Source: Rebecca billardiae RCC1528 (lineage: Eukaryota; Protista; Haptophyta). From it: DNA of 64,000 nucleotides. Below the pieces are notes generated by a model. It saw only the letters and a list, made by a program, of their open reading frames with translations, was not told the origin of the DNA and did no database searches. Location of the stretch: contig OZ251223.1 in assembly GCA_965240325.2 (NCBI GenBank), forward strand, positions 1,054,001-1,118,000. The letters are read 5' to 3'. Below are positions 47,033-58,431 of the stretch, one piece after another (position 1 is the first letter of the stretch; each line of letters opens with the position of its first letter). The position numbers were made by a program, and so were the translations under genes.

Positions 47033-48736
47033 CTAGCGCACACTCGGCGCGGCAGCAGCAGACTGTCTCAGCCTCGCATCGCCACTGCCGCTGGCAGAGG
47101 AGTACTTGGAGGCGACACCGGAGAAGCTGGTGCTCCCAGACCCAGTGCTGTGACGGTGCCAGACGAAAAGCGCCAGGGATGCAGCGATGGCCAAGACGGC
47201 AGCGCTGACGCGAACGAGCCGCGTGTCCGCGCCGAAAGCCCACAGACCCTCGGCTGCAGGGGAGCCACCTGCCTTGCGCGGCGCGGAGTCGCTCGGGACG
47301 TTCTGGCCGAGCGCTCGTTGGCGGCGGGCTTCACGGCCGCGCTTGATCGCGGCTGCTTTCCGCTCGCTTGTGGGCTTCTGCAGGCCGAGCTTGGCTGTGT
47401 CGAAGAGGTTGGCCTCGCGGCGCTCGAAGGACACGCGGTCGTCAGGCGCCATCGGGCGCATCTTCTCGAAGGTCACCAGTCGCCGGCACCACTTTGTGTT
47501 GATCGGCTGCTCCGACTCGGCGATGAGGCGGAGCGCTGGGTGCTCGGGCGCAGCGCTGCCGCGCATGTCTGTCGTCGTCGGCAGCAGGAAGACAAGGCGC
47601 CCTCCGACGCGCAGCCGCGCCGCGGCGAAGGTGAGCAGGCCCTCAAGGAGCGGGTTGATGTCCAGCCGCTCCCGCCGGAGCATCCGGCTGGCGCGCTCCT
47701 CCTCGGGCAGGCCGTGCAGGTCGTCGGCGACTGTCTTGGACGAGGCGCGCACGCCGTACGGAGGGTCGCACACGATGGCGTCAAACAGCTCCGACTCGCG
47801 CCAGCAGGCCGAGTCCGCGCCGAAGTCGGCGCGCAGCAGGCCGAGGGGCTGAGGGAGGCCGTACTGCTCGAAGTTGACGCCAATCGTGCGGCCGGGGCCC
47901 TTGCCGTGGATCATCCGGCCGTCGAGGTCCGCGCCGACCACGCACGCGCCAAAGTGCGCGCACGCGACGAGGATGGACGCCGTGCCGACGAACGGGTCAA
48001 ACACAAGCGTGCCCGGCCGCGCGTGGGCCATGTTGGCGATGATCATCGAGAGCTCGTTGTCGAGCGTGGTGGGGCCGAGGAATCGCCGCTTCGGCAGCTT
48101 GAACCGCGCGGCGAGCTTGAGTCCGACCGCAGCGGCCACACGCCGGCCGACGTAGATGGTGCGCAGGGAGGCAGCCATGGACGCGGCGTGCTCCGCCTTC
48201 TTCGCCAGGTTGGCTGAGACACGGTGGTCCATGAACACGCGTACGTCGAGCTCGGGATGGTCGAGGCGCGCGCGCGGGGGCCAGGGCAGGTCGGCGAGTT
48301 GCGCCTGCATCAGCGCCACCTGCTCAGCCTCGGAGTAGTTCTTGCCGAAGCCGTCGACGCGAATGCGGAACGTCTCCGCGGCGCTCAACTGCTGCCGCAC
48401 CTTGTCCATGTTCGCAGCGAGGGCGGCGTGAACCTCCGCCCAGTCCGCGCCGTGCGCCCACACCTCTATGATCGACTCGACGAGTATCAGCCGGGTCGCC
48501 ATTCGGCGCACGACCTCGTCGTCTGGCGCGCGGATCCAAAAGTGCGCGCGCTCCTGCTCTGCGGTTCGGAAGCGCCGCTGCGGGTCACCCATCACGCCGA
48601 CGTAGTTGTACGAGAGCGGCTCGACGTCCGCCGCGTCAAAGCTGACCTCTACGCCGAGCATCTGCGCGACTGACTCGATCTCCGGCACGCGCATCGCGTG
48701 CCATTTGTGCGCGAAGTGCACCAGGTACAACGGCAT
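47033..48736 (-). CDS. TRMT11: tRNA (guanine(10)-N2)-methyltransferase
   Basis: YLVHFAH...RVPEIES; THUMP-like TFRIRVDGFGK; R.FLGPTTLDNELS.I.ANMA; VFDPFVGTASIL; FDAIVCDPPYGVR; RRLVT. Confidence 0.92.
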   Translation of the reverse strand: MPLYLVHFAHKWHAMRVPEIESVAQMLGVEVSFDAADVEPLSYNYVGVMGDPQRRFRTAEQERAHFWIRAPDDEVVRRMATRLILVESIIEVWAHGADWAEVHAALAANMDKVRQQLSAAETFRIRVDGFGKNYSEAEQVALMQAQLADLPWPPRARLDHPELDVRVFMDHRVSANLAKKAEHAASMAASLRTIYVGRRVAAAVGLKLAARFKLPKRRFLGPTTLDNELSMIIANMAHARPGTLVFDPFVGTASILVACAHFGACVVGADLDGRMIHGKGPGRTIGVNFEQYGLPQPLGLLRADFGADSACWRESELFDAIVCDPPYGVRASSKTVADDLHGLPEEERASRMLRRERLDINPLLEGLLTFAAARLRVGGRLVFLLPTTTDMRGSAAPEHPALRLIAESEQPINTKWCRRLVTFEKMRPMAPDDRVSFERREANLFDTAKLGLQKPTSERKAAAIKRGREARRQRALGQNVPSDSAPRKAGGSPAAEGLWAFGADTRLVRVSAAVLAIAASLALFVWHRHSTGSGSTSFSGVASKYSSASGSGDARLRQSAAAAPSVR

Positions 48737-48873
48737 GGTGTCCACGTCGTGTTCGGCACTCGGGCGGCCATGCGCTCCTGCATGGTGTGGACCCGGACTC
48801 CCGCAAGTCACGTCCGGTAGCTCGCTGCGGAAGGCCTCCAACGCGCGGGAACGCCGAGGTTTGCCGACGCACG

Positions 48874-49562
48874 ATGCGCGCGCTTCTGCTGGTGCTTGCG
48901 TCCTGCCCCTTGCTGGCCGTCGGCGGTGCCGCTCCGCTGCTCACGTCGGAGACTTTTGACGCAGAAGTGTTCAACTCCGGCAAGAATGCCTTTGTACGCG
49001 GCCCGCCGTGCCCCGCGCGATCATCACACACGCCCAGCGGGGTAGCTCACGCACGGCGCGCTCCTGCGCGAACCGTGCCTCAACCGCGCAGGTGAAATTT
49101 TTCGCGCCGTGGTGTGGTCATTGCAAGTCAATGAAGCCCGCGTGGGATGAGATCGCCGAGGAACACGCTGGCTCCAAGGTGCTTGTTGCGGACGTCGACT
49201 GCACCGCGGACGACGCCAAGGACCTGTGCGAGAAGTACGAGGTGGAGGGCTTCCCGACCGTCAAGTACTTCACTAGTTCGACGGGCGATAAGGGGGAGGA
49301 CTACGACGGCGGGCGCGGGGCTGAGCAGCTGCGCGCATTCATCCGGGAGGAGCTGGCGCCCAGGTGCCAGGTCGCTGACCTGAAGGATTGCACCGAGAAG
49401 GAGACTGGCTTCATCGCGAAGATGAAGGCAAAGGGCGGCGCTGATGTCGCCAAGGCTGAGCTCACGCGGCTGCAGGGCATGGTGACCAACAAGATGGCGC
49501 CGGATCTGAAGAAGTGGCTGAAGCAGAGGATTGACATCCTCACGCAAATGGTCGAGGCGTGA
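48874..49562 (+). CDS. Secretory-pathway thioredoxin/PDI-like protein; intron 48994-49091
   Basis: Signal peptide, NAF|VKFFAPWCGHCK, VADVDCT, VEGFPTVKYF, YDGGR, C-terminal helical domain WLKQRI.IL. Confidence 0.92.
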
Positions 49563-50422
49563 TTGTCGTGGGCTGCTGCCAGGGGCGGGGTCTCAGTCTA
49601 CGGCTCCGTACGCGTCCCGGGCCGGCGGACGCCGCGGACACGGCGGAGCCCGCGGACGCCCGGGCCACGCGGGACGGCTGAATCTTGCGACTACTGTATA
49701 GTAATTACAATTTAATTACACTCTCACTTTCATACACTTACCCGCCCGTCAGCCGTCTGACCGATTCTATTCACGACAACACGGTCGATGATGCTGATGC
49801 CGATTGTAACTGTACTATTAGGCCAATACTCCAATAGGCCGCTCAGCCCGCCCGCGGCTGACCGCAGGCTGCACCGCAGCCCCGCGGCGAATGATGCCGC
49901 CGATAGTTAATAATGCGGTGTGGCCCGCACGACCGCGCCACCTCACGTACTGTACGTCGTCAGATCCGCCTGATCCGCCTGATGATCCGGCCCGCCTGGC
50001 CAGGCCTGATGAAATAATATTAATATATAATGACGATGATATCTACCGTCGTTGCGTAGCAGATCAAATGTATGGTAGTCGCGTCGCGTGGCTCGATCCC
50101 CGGCGATAATCATAATCCCTCGGCTCTGAGCAGACAGCGCGCGTGTCACTCGGGCGCCCGGCGCGGTCGGCAACTAGTTAGTAGTTACTACTACTAGGCG
50201 GGCTGACGGCACTCTTTCAAGTCCGCTCTGAATCCGGTGCCAGACGCGCCGGCGAGACTCAGGGCTGCCGCTGCGCACCGCACACTACGGTGCAGGCCGT
50301 CACAGGTGTCACCCTCGCCCTTGGGCGCCGCTCCGATGTTGGAACCTTGATGGGTACCACTGACTGGGCCCGAGTGATTCACGGCAGCCTGCTGCACGAC
50401 GAGGCGGCCCGCGATCGATCGT

Positions 50423-52310
50423 CTAATCGTCGCCCCCGCCCCCACCGCCGCCCGGCGGCGGCTTCGGTCCGCCCGCCTGCTTGGCCATGATGATCTGGTC
50501 GACGCGCAGCACGGTGACCGCAGCGTCGATGGCCAGCTTGAAGGCCTGCATCTTTGTTGCGAGCGAATCGAGCACACCCTTCTGCAGCATGTCGCCCACT
50601 GCGCCGGCGTCGACGTCCACGCCCGTGGAGAGCTTCCCCTCCTGGTGCGCCGCGTAGATGTTCGCGATGATGTTCGTCGCGTCCATGCCGGCGTTCTCGG
50701 CCAGTGTGCGCGGCACGACCTCGAGCGCCTCAGCAAACTTGTTGATGGCGTACTGGTCGAGGCCGGGCTGCTGCGCGCCGTACTCGAGCAGCCGAGTGGC
50801 GACCGCCATCTCGCACGCGCCAGCGCCGGCGACAAAGCGCGCGTCGGTCGTCATCGACTTGATGACGCTGACGCCGTCGGTGACGGTGCGCTCGAGGTCG
50901 TCGAGGATGTTCGCCGTCGAGCCACGCACGACGATCGTCGTGACCTGCGCGGCGGCACGGCGGCGCACGCGGCGCGCGGCGGGCACGTGAGCATGGCGAG
51001 CACGCGGCGTGTGGCTGGGCGCGGGCGGCGGGCGGCGCACCTTCGACTCGATCTTCGAGCCGCGGTCGAGGATCGTGCACTTGGTCGAGCCGATCTCCTT
51101 CGTGTACAGCTTCTCGCACGCGCCCATCACGTCGGGCGACGGCGGCTCGAGCCGCACGAGCGCGGTCGCGCCGATCGTGCGGCAGATACGCCTGAGCTCG
51201 AACTTGGACGGCGTCTTGATCACGAGGATGTTGTACCGGTTGAGGTAGTGCATCGCGATCTCGCCGACGGCCTGCCCGCAGATCACCGTGTTCACCCCCG
51301 TGTCCGCGATCGCCTTGATCGTCTTCTCCATCTGCGCCTCCTCCGACTTGGTGTAGTTCATCAGCTCGTCGGCCGACTTGATGAGCACGGTGCCCTTTGT
51401 CTCGGTGGCGGTCGAGTCGATCGGGCAGCCGTACACGGCGACCTTGGCGTTCTCGACGTGGGTGATGTTGCCGAGCGGCTCGCGCAGCAGCACCATGCCC
51501 TGTACGATCTCCGACGCGCCGCCCACGCCGCCCAGGATCTTGGCGACGCGGATGTTGTCCACGTTGAATCGCTTCGGGTCCTCCGGCATCACAGACACGA
51601 CCGCCTTGCCGATCATCGGCGCGATGAAGTCCTCGAGGCCGTACTGCTTGGAGGAGATGACGGAGCGGATGGCGTGGCCCACCTTCGTCGCGTCGTGCAG
51701 GTCGTCCACCGTGTGCACCACCTGCTCCTCGAGCGCCTTCAGCACCACATCCGCCGCCTTGTTGTACCCCGAGATGATCTCCGAAGTGTGCACGCCCTGG
51801 TGCAGCAGCTCCTCGGCCTTGAGGAGAAGCTCGCCGGCGAGGATGACGACGAAGTTGGTGCCGTCGCCCATCTCCTCGTCCTGCATCTTCGACGCAAGCA
51901 CGAGCAGCCTCGCCGCCGGGTGCTGCACCTCGAGCTCCTGAAGGATCGTCGCCGAGTCGCTCGTGACAAACAGCTTCTCGAGGTGGTTGATCACCATCTT
52001 GTTCATGCCTGCGCGCGACGCGGGGGCAGCGAGCGAGGGGCCAGTTCGTGAGGACGGTGGGGCACGTTTCCCGGCGCAGACGCGCGTGCCTGCCGGGGTG
52101 GCGCCCGCAGCAACCCGCGGGCGCGCCGCCGGCACTCGCCGCCGCCGCACCGTTTGGCCCGAGCGACGTGCGCACGGTGGTCGCGAGGTTCTTGCAGGCC
52201 TCGATGTTCTTAAGGGTCGCCTCCTCCACGCCCGAGAAGTGCTTTGAGCCCTCCTTGAGCATGCTGCTCATCCCCATCCCCCCCGTGTACGAGCCCGGCC
52301 TGCGCGCCAT
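50423..52310 (-). CDS. CCT8: T-complex protein 1 subunit theta; introns 52009-52150 and 50945-51040
   Basis: KNIEACK..RTSLGPNG|MNKMVINHLEKLFVTSD, GDGTNFV, SSKQYG, FNVDNIRVAKILGG, TETKGTVLI, SKFELRR, VDQIIMAKQAGGPK. Confidence 0.97.
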
Positions 52311-52621
52311 GTCGCCGCTGCTCAACCGCCACTACCGTACCGCGCGCAGCGTTGCCGAGCTGCTGGGCTTGCGCCCGGGGCGTTGACAGTGCTTGCCTAG
52401 CCAGTCCGTTGGAACGTTGCCGCGGAGGGATAGGAGTCCGGGAAGGAGCGGCCGGCGCCATCTTGCCGGCTGAAGAGTGAAGACCGGTCGAGTCCAAAGG
52501 TGCGCGCCGCCAGCCAGTCAAGTGGCCGAGCGGCGTCCACCACCAGCTGCCGGCCTGCGGAGCGCGACGCCGGGCCGCTCGAGGCGCCGCTATTGCCGCT
52601 CAACCTCCGCGCAGGCCGACG

Positions 52622-55600
52622 ATGCCCGACGTGGACCAACCGGAGCCCGGCGAGGAAGCCGAGGGCGAGGAGGAGTGGGAGGTGGAGGCGATCGTGAACA
52701 AGCGGACCCGTCGCGGCAAGGTCGAGTACCTCGTCAAGTGGGTCGGCTTCGAGTCGGCGGACAACACGTGGGAGCCACTCGAGCACCTCGACCACGCACC
52801 TGACCTCGTTGCTCGCTACGAGCAGTCGATCGCACCGCCCGCCATCGCCGCGCGGGGCGCGGGGCGCACATCAGCGCGCCGAGCTGCCGCCAAGAGTGCT
52901 CGCGCTGCCGACGATCCTGGCCCAACCGCGGCCGCTGCAGCATCGGAATCGGACTCCAAGGCAGCGCGGCGCAGGCAGGACGCGCCACCCATCTCCACGC
53001 CGGATGGCAGCGCTGCAGCTCCCCGCACAAAGCGGGCACGCGTCGGGCGCACGAGCGACGCGTACGGCGCCGGTCGCTCAGCAGACGCTGGCGCGCAGGA
53101 CTCAGCGGCGGTCGCGGAGGAGGCGCAGGAGGAGGAGGTCGCGGAGCAGGCGCAGGAGGAGGAGGAGGAGGAGGAGGAGGTGAAGGACGAGTCGACGGCG
53201 GAAGACGAGGCGGACTCCGAGTACGAGGTCGAGTCCGTCGTCGACAAGCGCACGAAGGCCGGCAAGGTCGAGTACTTTGTCAAGTGGGTCGGCTTCCCGT
53301 GCACGGACAACACGTGGGAGCCGGAGGCGCACCTGCAGCACCTGCCGGGGCTGATCAGCGCGTTCGAGGCCGCGCGCGGCGGCGGCTCGGGCAGGCGGCA
53401 GCGCGCGCCGTCGCCGCGCGGCGGCGCGCGGCGCAGCGGCGCGCGGCGCAGCGGCGCGCGGCGCGCGAGTGCCGGTGGCGCGAGGCCGGAGCGCGAGAGG
53501 AATGAAGCACCGGCGCCGGCCGCGCAGCGGCGGTTGCCGGGGTCGCCGCGGGGGGCGGCGGCGACGGAGGGGGCGGCAGAGGAGCAGGAGGAGGAGGAGG
53601 GCGAGGAGGAGGGCGACGAGGAGGAGGAGGGCGAGGAGGACGATGACGAGGAGGACGAGGACGAGGACGAGGACGAGGAGGAGGACGAGGACGAGGAGGA
53701 GGACGAGGACGAGCGTGCGCCGCGCAGGCCGCCCAGGCGCATCTCGCCACACCGTGCCGCGGCCCTGGGCCCGTGCACGCGCACAGTCGGCTGCCTTGTG
53801 CCGCACCGGCACTCCGGGCCGTGCCAGGTGCCGGCGGGCGAGAAGCCCCAGTGCGCCAAGCACCCTCAGTGCTCGCGGCTCGGGGGGCACGTCGGCAAGT
53901 GCAAGGTGCCCAAGCAGCGCACGCAGCCGACGCCGCCGAGGCCGAATTCCGAATCGCGCCGGGGGCGCGCGGCGCGCTTCCCGTTCCCGCTGCCATTGTC
54001 TGGCGTGGGCGGAGCGGGCGAGCTGTGCGCGCCGTGCGCCAAGTGCGCCGAGTGCACGAGGCCCGAGGGGCACCGCGGCAAGTGCAGCATGAGGCTGAAG
54101 CGGGGCCCGCCGAAGGGCTTGAAGGGCCCGGAGGCGGACGCGGCGCGCGCGGCCGCCGCGGCCACTGTCGCACTCGGCAAGTGCGCGCTCACCGTCGGCT
54201 GCCTCGAGGCGCACTTGCACGCGGGCGCGTGCAGGCTCCCGCCGGGCGCGTGGGCGCAGTGCCCGAAGCACGCGTACTGCTCCCGCCCCGCGCGGCACAT
54301 CGGCAAGTGCCGCCTCCCCGACGAGTACAAGCGGCCCAAGCCGCGCAAGACGCAGCGGCGGCTGGCTGAGCGGCGCGTGCCGCAGCGCGCGCCGCCGCAC
54401 GGTGGCCGGTCGGTTGAGAGGCGCGCGGCGCCGCGCCGCGGCCTGCAGCTCGTCGAGCTCGACCTCGATGGCAGCGCCTCTGACGACACGGACGATTCCA
54501 GCGCGGAGGAGGCGGAGGCGGAGGAGGGAGCGAAGGAGGAGGCGGCGGCGGAGGCGGAGGGCGCGGGCAGCGAGGACGACGAGGAGGGTGCCAGGGAGAA
54601 TGACGAGGCTAAGCGGCTGTACGCAGAGCGCGGCGCCGCGCACGCGGCGCCGAGGCCCGAGCTGTTCAGCGCGTGGACGGCGCTGCTGAGCGATGCTGTG
54701 CTCGAGGCCGCGCAGCCTCTCTCTGCGCTGCCGCCCGCGCCCGCCTCCGCGCGCGAGCTCGAGTGCCCGCCTTTCGTGCTGCCGCGCCCAGCGGGCGCGC
54801 GCGACTGCGCACGGCTCCTGGACTCCACCAACGGCCCTCTGCTTGCGCGGCCCCTCCGCCGCTTCGAAGCGGCGCAAGTCGACGGCAGCAGCGGCCCCCG
54901 CGGCTTCGTGTGCAACGCCGGCGCGCCCGTCAGCGCGCTGGCGTGGTGCCCGCTCGACGCGGCGCACGAGCCGCAGCCAGGCGGTGCGGGCACGGGCGCG
55001 GCGCAGAAGCCCCCCAGGCAGTTTCTTGCAATCGGCACCCAGCCCTCCTCTGCGTTCCGCGCGCGCGCGTGCCAGACGGTGCGCGGTCCGAACGCGATCC
55101 AGCTGTGGGACCTGAGCGCCGCGTGCGGCCCGCCGCGCGCTGCGCTCGTCGCCGGAGCCGCCGCGCCGCCGCCCGCCGCGCCGACCTCGACCGCACTCAT
55201 CCCCGTCGGCATCCCTGTCGCGGGCTCGGTTCGCGTGGACGGCCCAAAGCTCGTGTTCGCGCTTGGGCACGATGGCGGCGGCGTGTGGGCTCTCGACTGG
55301 TGCCCAGCGGGCGCGGCGCCGTCGCTCGCGCGGCTCGGGCTGCTCGCCGCGGCGTGCGCCGACCAGCTCGTGCGCATCTTCGCCGTGCCCGACCCAGCCG
55401 CGTTCCCCGCCGCCGCCGCCGCCGCCGGTGGGAATGTCGGCGGCGGCGCACGCGCACGCCGCCTCGGCTCCGACGCGCCTCTGCTCAAGCTGCCGCCTGT
55501 GGCGCGGCTCGAGGCGGGCTCGGGGCCCGTGCGGTGCCTCGCGTGGTGCCCCGCGCACCCGCGCGCGCTCCTCGCGACCGGGGACGCGCAGGGAGCCTTA

Positions 55601-56930
55601 CACCTCTGGGACTTGAGCCGCGCACACGGTGCGCGCGCGCGCGCGTCTGCGCACCGTGATGCGTGCTGCGAGGGCGCGCGCGCCCGCTGTTCGTACGCGC
55701 CCGACCCTGACCACTTGCGCCTTGCCCACGCCGCGCGTGCACTCTCCCGCGCGTGCGGCCACCCGCAGATGAGGCCACCACCGCCTTCGGCTCGGCCGAG
55801 GCGCCCGCGCCGGCGCGCACGCTGCTCGGACACGCCGCCATTGTGCACGCGGTGCGCTGGGCGCCTCGCGGCGCGGGCCATCCGCTGCTGGCGTCTTGCG
55901 ACGGCTTGGGCGTCGTGAGTGTGTGGGTGCGCGCTCGGCGCCGCCGGCCGCGCCCACCACGCCCCCCGCCTCCCGCCGGCGGCGCCCGCGCCCGCCGATC
56001 GCACCTCCTCTCGACGGCCCCGCCCGCGCGAGCTCATCCGCCGCCCAAACGCCACCGCCCTGGCCCGGCCGCGCCGTTGCGGCTGAGCAGGACGTGCGCG
56101 AGCCAAGCAGGCCCGTGGCCTCCCGCCGCGTGTCGCTGGGCCCGGTGCTCGACATCTGCTGGGGCAACGCGGCGGTGGGCGTGGAGCTCTTCTGCGCGAT
56201 CGAGATGAGCTCGGGCACTGAGGGCGCCGTTGTGTTGCTCGGGGGCCCCAGGCTGCTCAAGACGGGCTTGCCATCCGGCGAGCGCGGCGTGGCGCTCGGC
56301 GTCGACCTGTCGTCGCACACGGGCGCCCTGGCGATGGGCTGGGGCTCAGGCGAGGCGGACTGCGTGAAGGCCTCGTCGATCGACAGGCTGGGCCAGCAGC
56401 GCGCCGCCCTTGTGCGCGGCACGACTACGCGCTTCGTCGCGAGCCGGCTCGGCGCGGAGCACGGCACGCCGGAGCGCGCGGCGGGCCCGACGCCCATCAC
56501 GCTCGGCCTCAGACCCGCTGACCCGGCGGCCGAGCACGAGCAGGGCGGGCCGCTCCACGGGCCGTGCGCCGTGCGCGCCGTGCGCTGGAATACCAACAGG
56601 TCCGCAGCGCATTGGCTCGGCGTCGCGAGCGAGGGCGGCATCGTGCACTGCGTGTCGCCCGGGCCCAGGCTGGTGCCTGCGAACGCTGCAAACAAGCCGC
56701 GGCGCTCTCGGCCAGCCCGGCTTCAGCGGCGGCAGCACAAGGCACGCAGGCTGGGCGTCTCCGAGAGCTCGGAGGGGGAGTCCGACTCCGACGGCGCCGG
56801 AAGGCGATCCGAGGATGAGGACAGCGGTGACGTCGCTGACGCAGCGAGCTCAGAGGTCGCTGCAGAGGATGGCGACGACGACGCAGACGGGCCTGCCGCT
56901 GATGCCGATCCAGATGATGAGCCATCATGA
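52622..56930 (+). CDS. Two chromodomains + acidic tracts + five CX5CX5HXGXC repeats + WD40 region resembling TFIIIC subunit 2 (GTF3C2/Tfc6). Exons 52622-55628, 55769-55926, 56091-56930.
   Basis: WEVEAIVNKR...VEYLVKWVGF...NTWEP (x2). NAGAPVSALAWCP, QFLAIGT, HDGGGVWALDWCP, RLGLLAAACAD..VRIFAVP. Two GT-AG introns restore the frame. Confidence 0.8.
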
Positions 56931-57010
56931 CGCGACTGTTCTGATGCCAGACTGATGATGACTCTAGAGTCTAGCTAGCGCTTAGCGTAGTATTATTATA
57001 CTGCTAACTA

Positions 57011-57980
57011 CGGGTGATGGATATACGTACGCGGGCTAACCGTAAACTGGACACAGGGGCAGTGATCTGGACACTCAGCGGGCAGCGGCCTCGTGGCGAG
57101 GCGTGTCAAGACTGGGCACCAGTCCTCGGTGACACCGTTCCACAGGAGTCGCGGGTAAGTTTCCGCATCTACCCGTACGTACCGGCGGAGGCGCGATCCG
57201 GCACTATCTCGGCCAGTCCGGAGCCCCAAACCTCGGGTTTGGGGCTGCCAATGACCCATTCATCATCCGTGATGTGACATCCGTCCGCCTCGGGCGCCTG
57301 CCCCTTCACGGGGCGCCCGCCCCGGGCGGTCTTAGGCACTTAGCCCCGCCTGGTCGCTTCCGGTGGACCTATCGCCCACACGCGCGGTAGGGAGCACCCA
57401 CGCTTCTTCTTCAGTCCGTAACAAGGCGGCTCGTAGGCGAACGAGCACGAGCGCCCACTGGCCGGTCGCCACGACGGCGCACGATGTAACTTGCTGACGA
57501 ACTCACCTGGTCGTGGGACGTCGTCTGCGCACGCGCCAGGTCCTGGCCCGGGTCGCGGCTTCTCGCCGCCTTCGCCTTGATGTAGTTTCGTGAGTTCCGC
57601 GCACAAGGCCGAAGGCCAGCGTTTCAAGCCGCAAGACGCGTGCGCGGACTCAGGAAGGGCGGACTCCGGGGCAATAAGGCGCGGCTGCGCTAGCGTGGGT
57701 AGGTCCCAGAGCAACCGTCCGAGCCGCTGCACACGCTTTTCCTCCGTGCGCGCGTCTCTGAGCTCGATTCCCGTGGCTAATTGGACAATGACATTTCGGC
57801 CGCCATGCGCGGAGACGGGCCCACAGCGCAGAAAGCGCGCTGCGGCGGAACTCCAGGGACCCCCTGAAGTCCGTCCCTGGGCCTGGCGCCCCTTGGACCC
57901 CGATGCTCCCAGAGAGGCCTCCGCGTTACGAGTTGGGTCGCGGCCACTGTCCAGTCTTAACCAGTTATATTCACTACCCG
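57011..57980. mobile_element. Possible decayed TA-flanked non-autonomous DNA transposon
   Basis: Left end TA|CGGGTGATGGATATA...TAAACTGGACA versus reverse-complemented right end TA|CGGGTAGTGAATATA..TAAGACTGGACA. Confidence 0.45.
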
Positions 57981-58431
57981 TATATACTATTCAATAAATA
58001 TTTATTCCACCTCATCCACCTGTACTCGTCACTCGTCATATTAGCGATCACTAAATTCTATCTCAGACGCGAGGCAGTATATCGCGGAGAGATTTATTAT
58101 TATTTTTATATAATTTTGATGCCAACGTAGTGACTAGTGACTGCGTGTGAGTGAGTGCATGACGAGGGCCCCCGCGGCGCGGGCTCCACGGCCACGCTCG
58201 GCGCAGCCTCGGCCTCGGCCGGCACGCTGCGCGCTCCGCCCTGATGGTCATGCTGGAGTGATGCACCACGGGCCATAATTACATGCGCGCAGCACTGTCG
58301 TCAGGTAGTGACACACGACTGCGCAGGTGCAGAGGTGCGCATGCAACCGTTATTTATTATTATTCCGGCTAAAGTTGAGCGCAGCTGCCGCAGCAAATGC
58401 TGACGCAACGGTGGCTGGAGCGCGAGAACGT

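Noticed and set aside
49107-49125. Selenoprotein (UGHC) form of the PDI-like protein known from haptophytes
   Set aside because: The codon is TGT (Cys), giving WCGHC. There is no in-frame TGA.
53866-56106. Long antisense ORFs here and opposite most genes
   Set aside because: Expected in very GC-rich DNA, and they carry no recognisable motifs.
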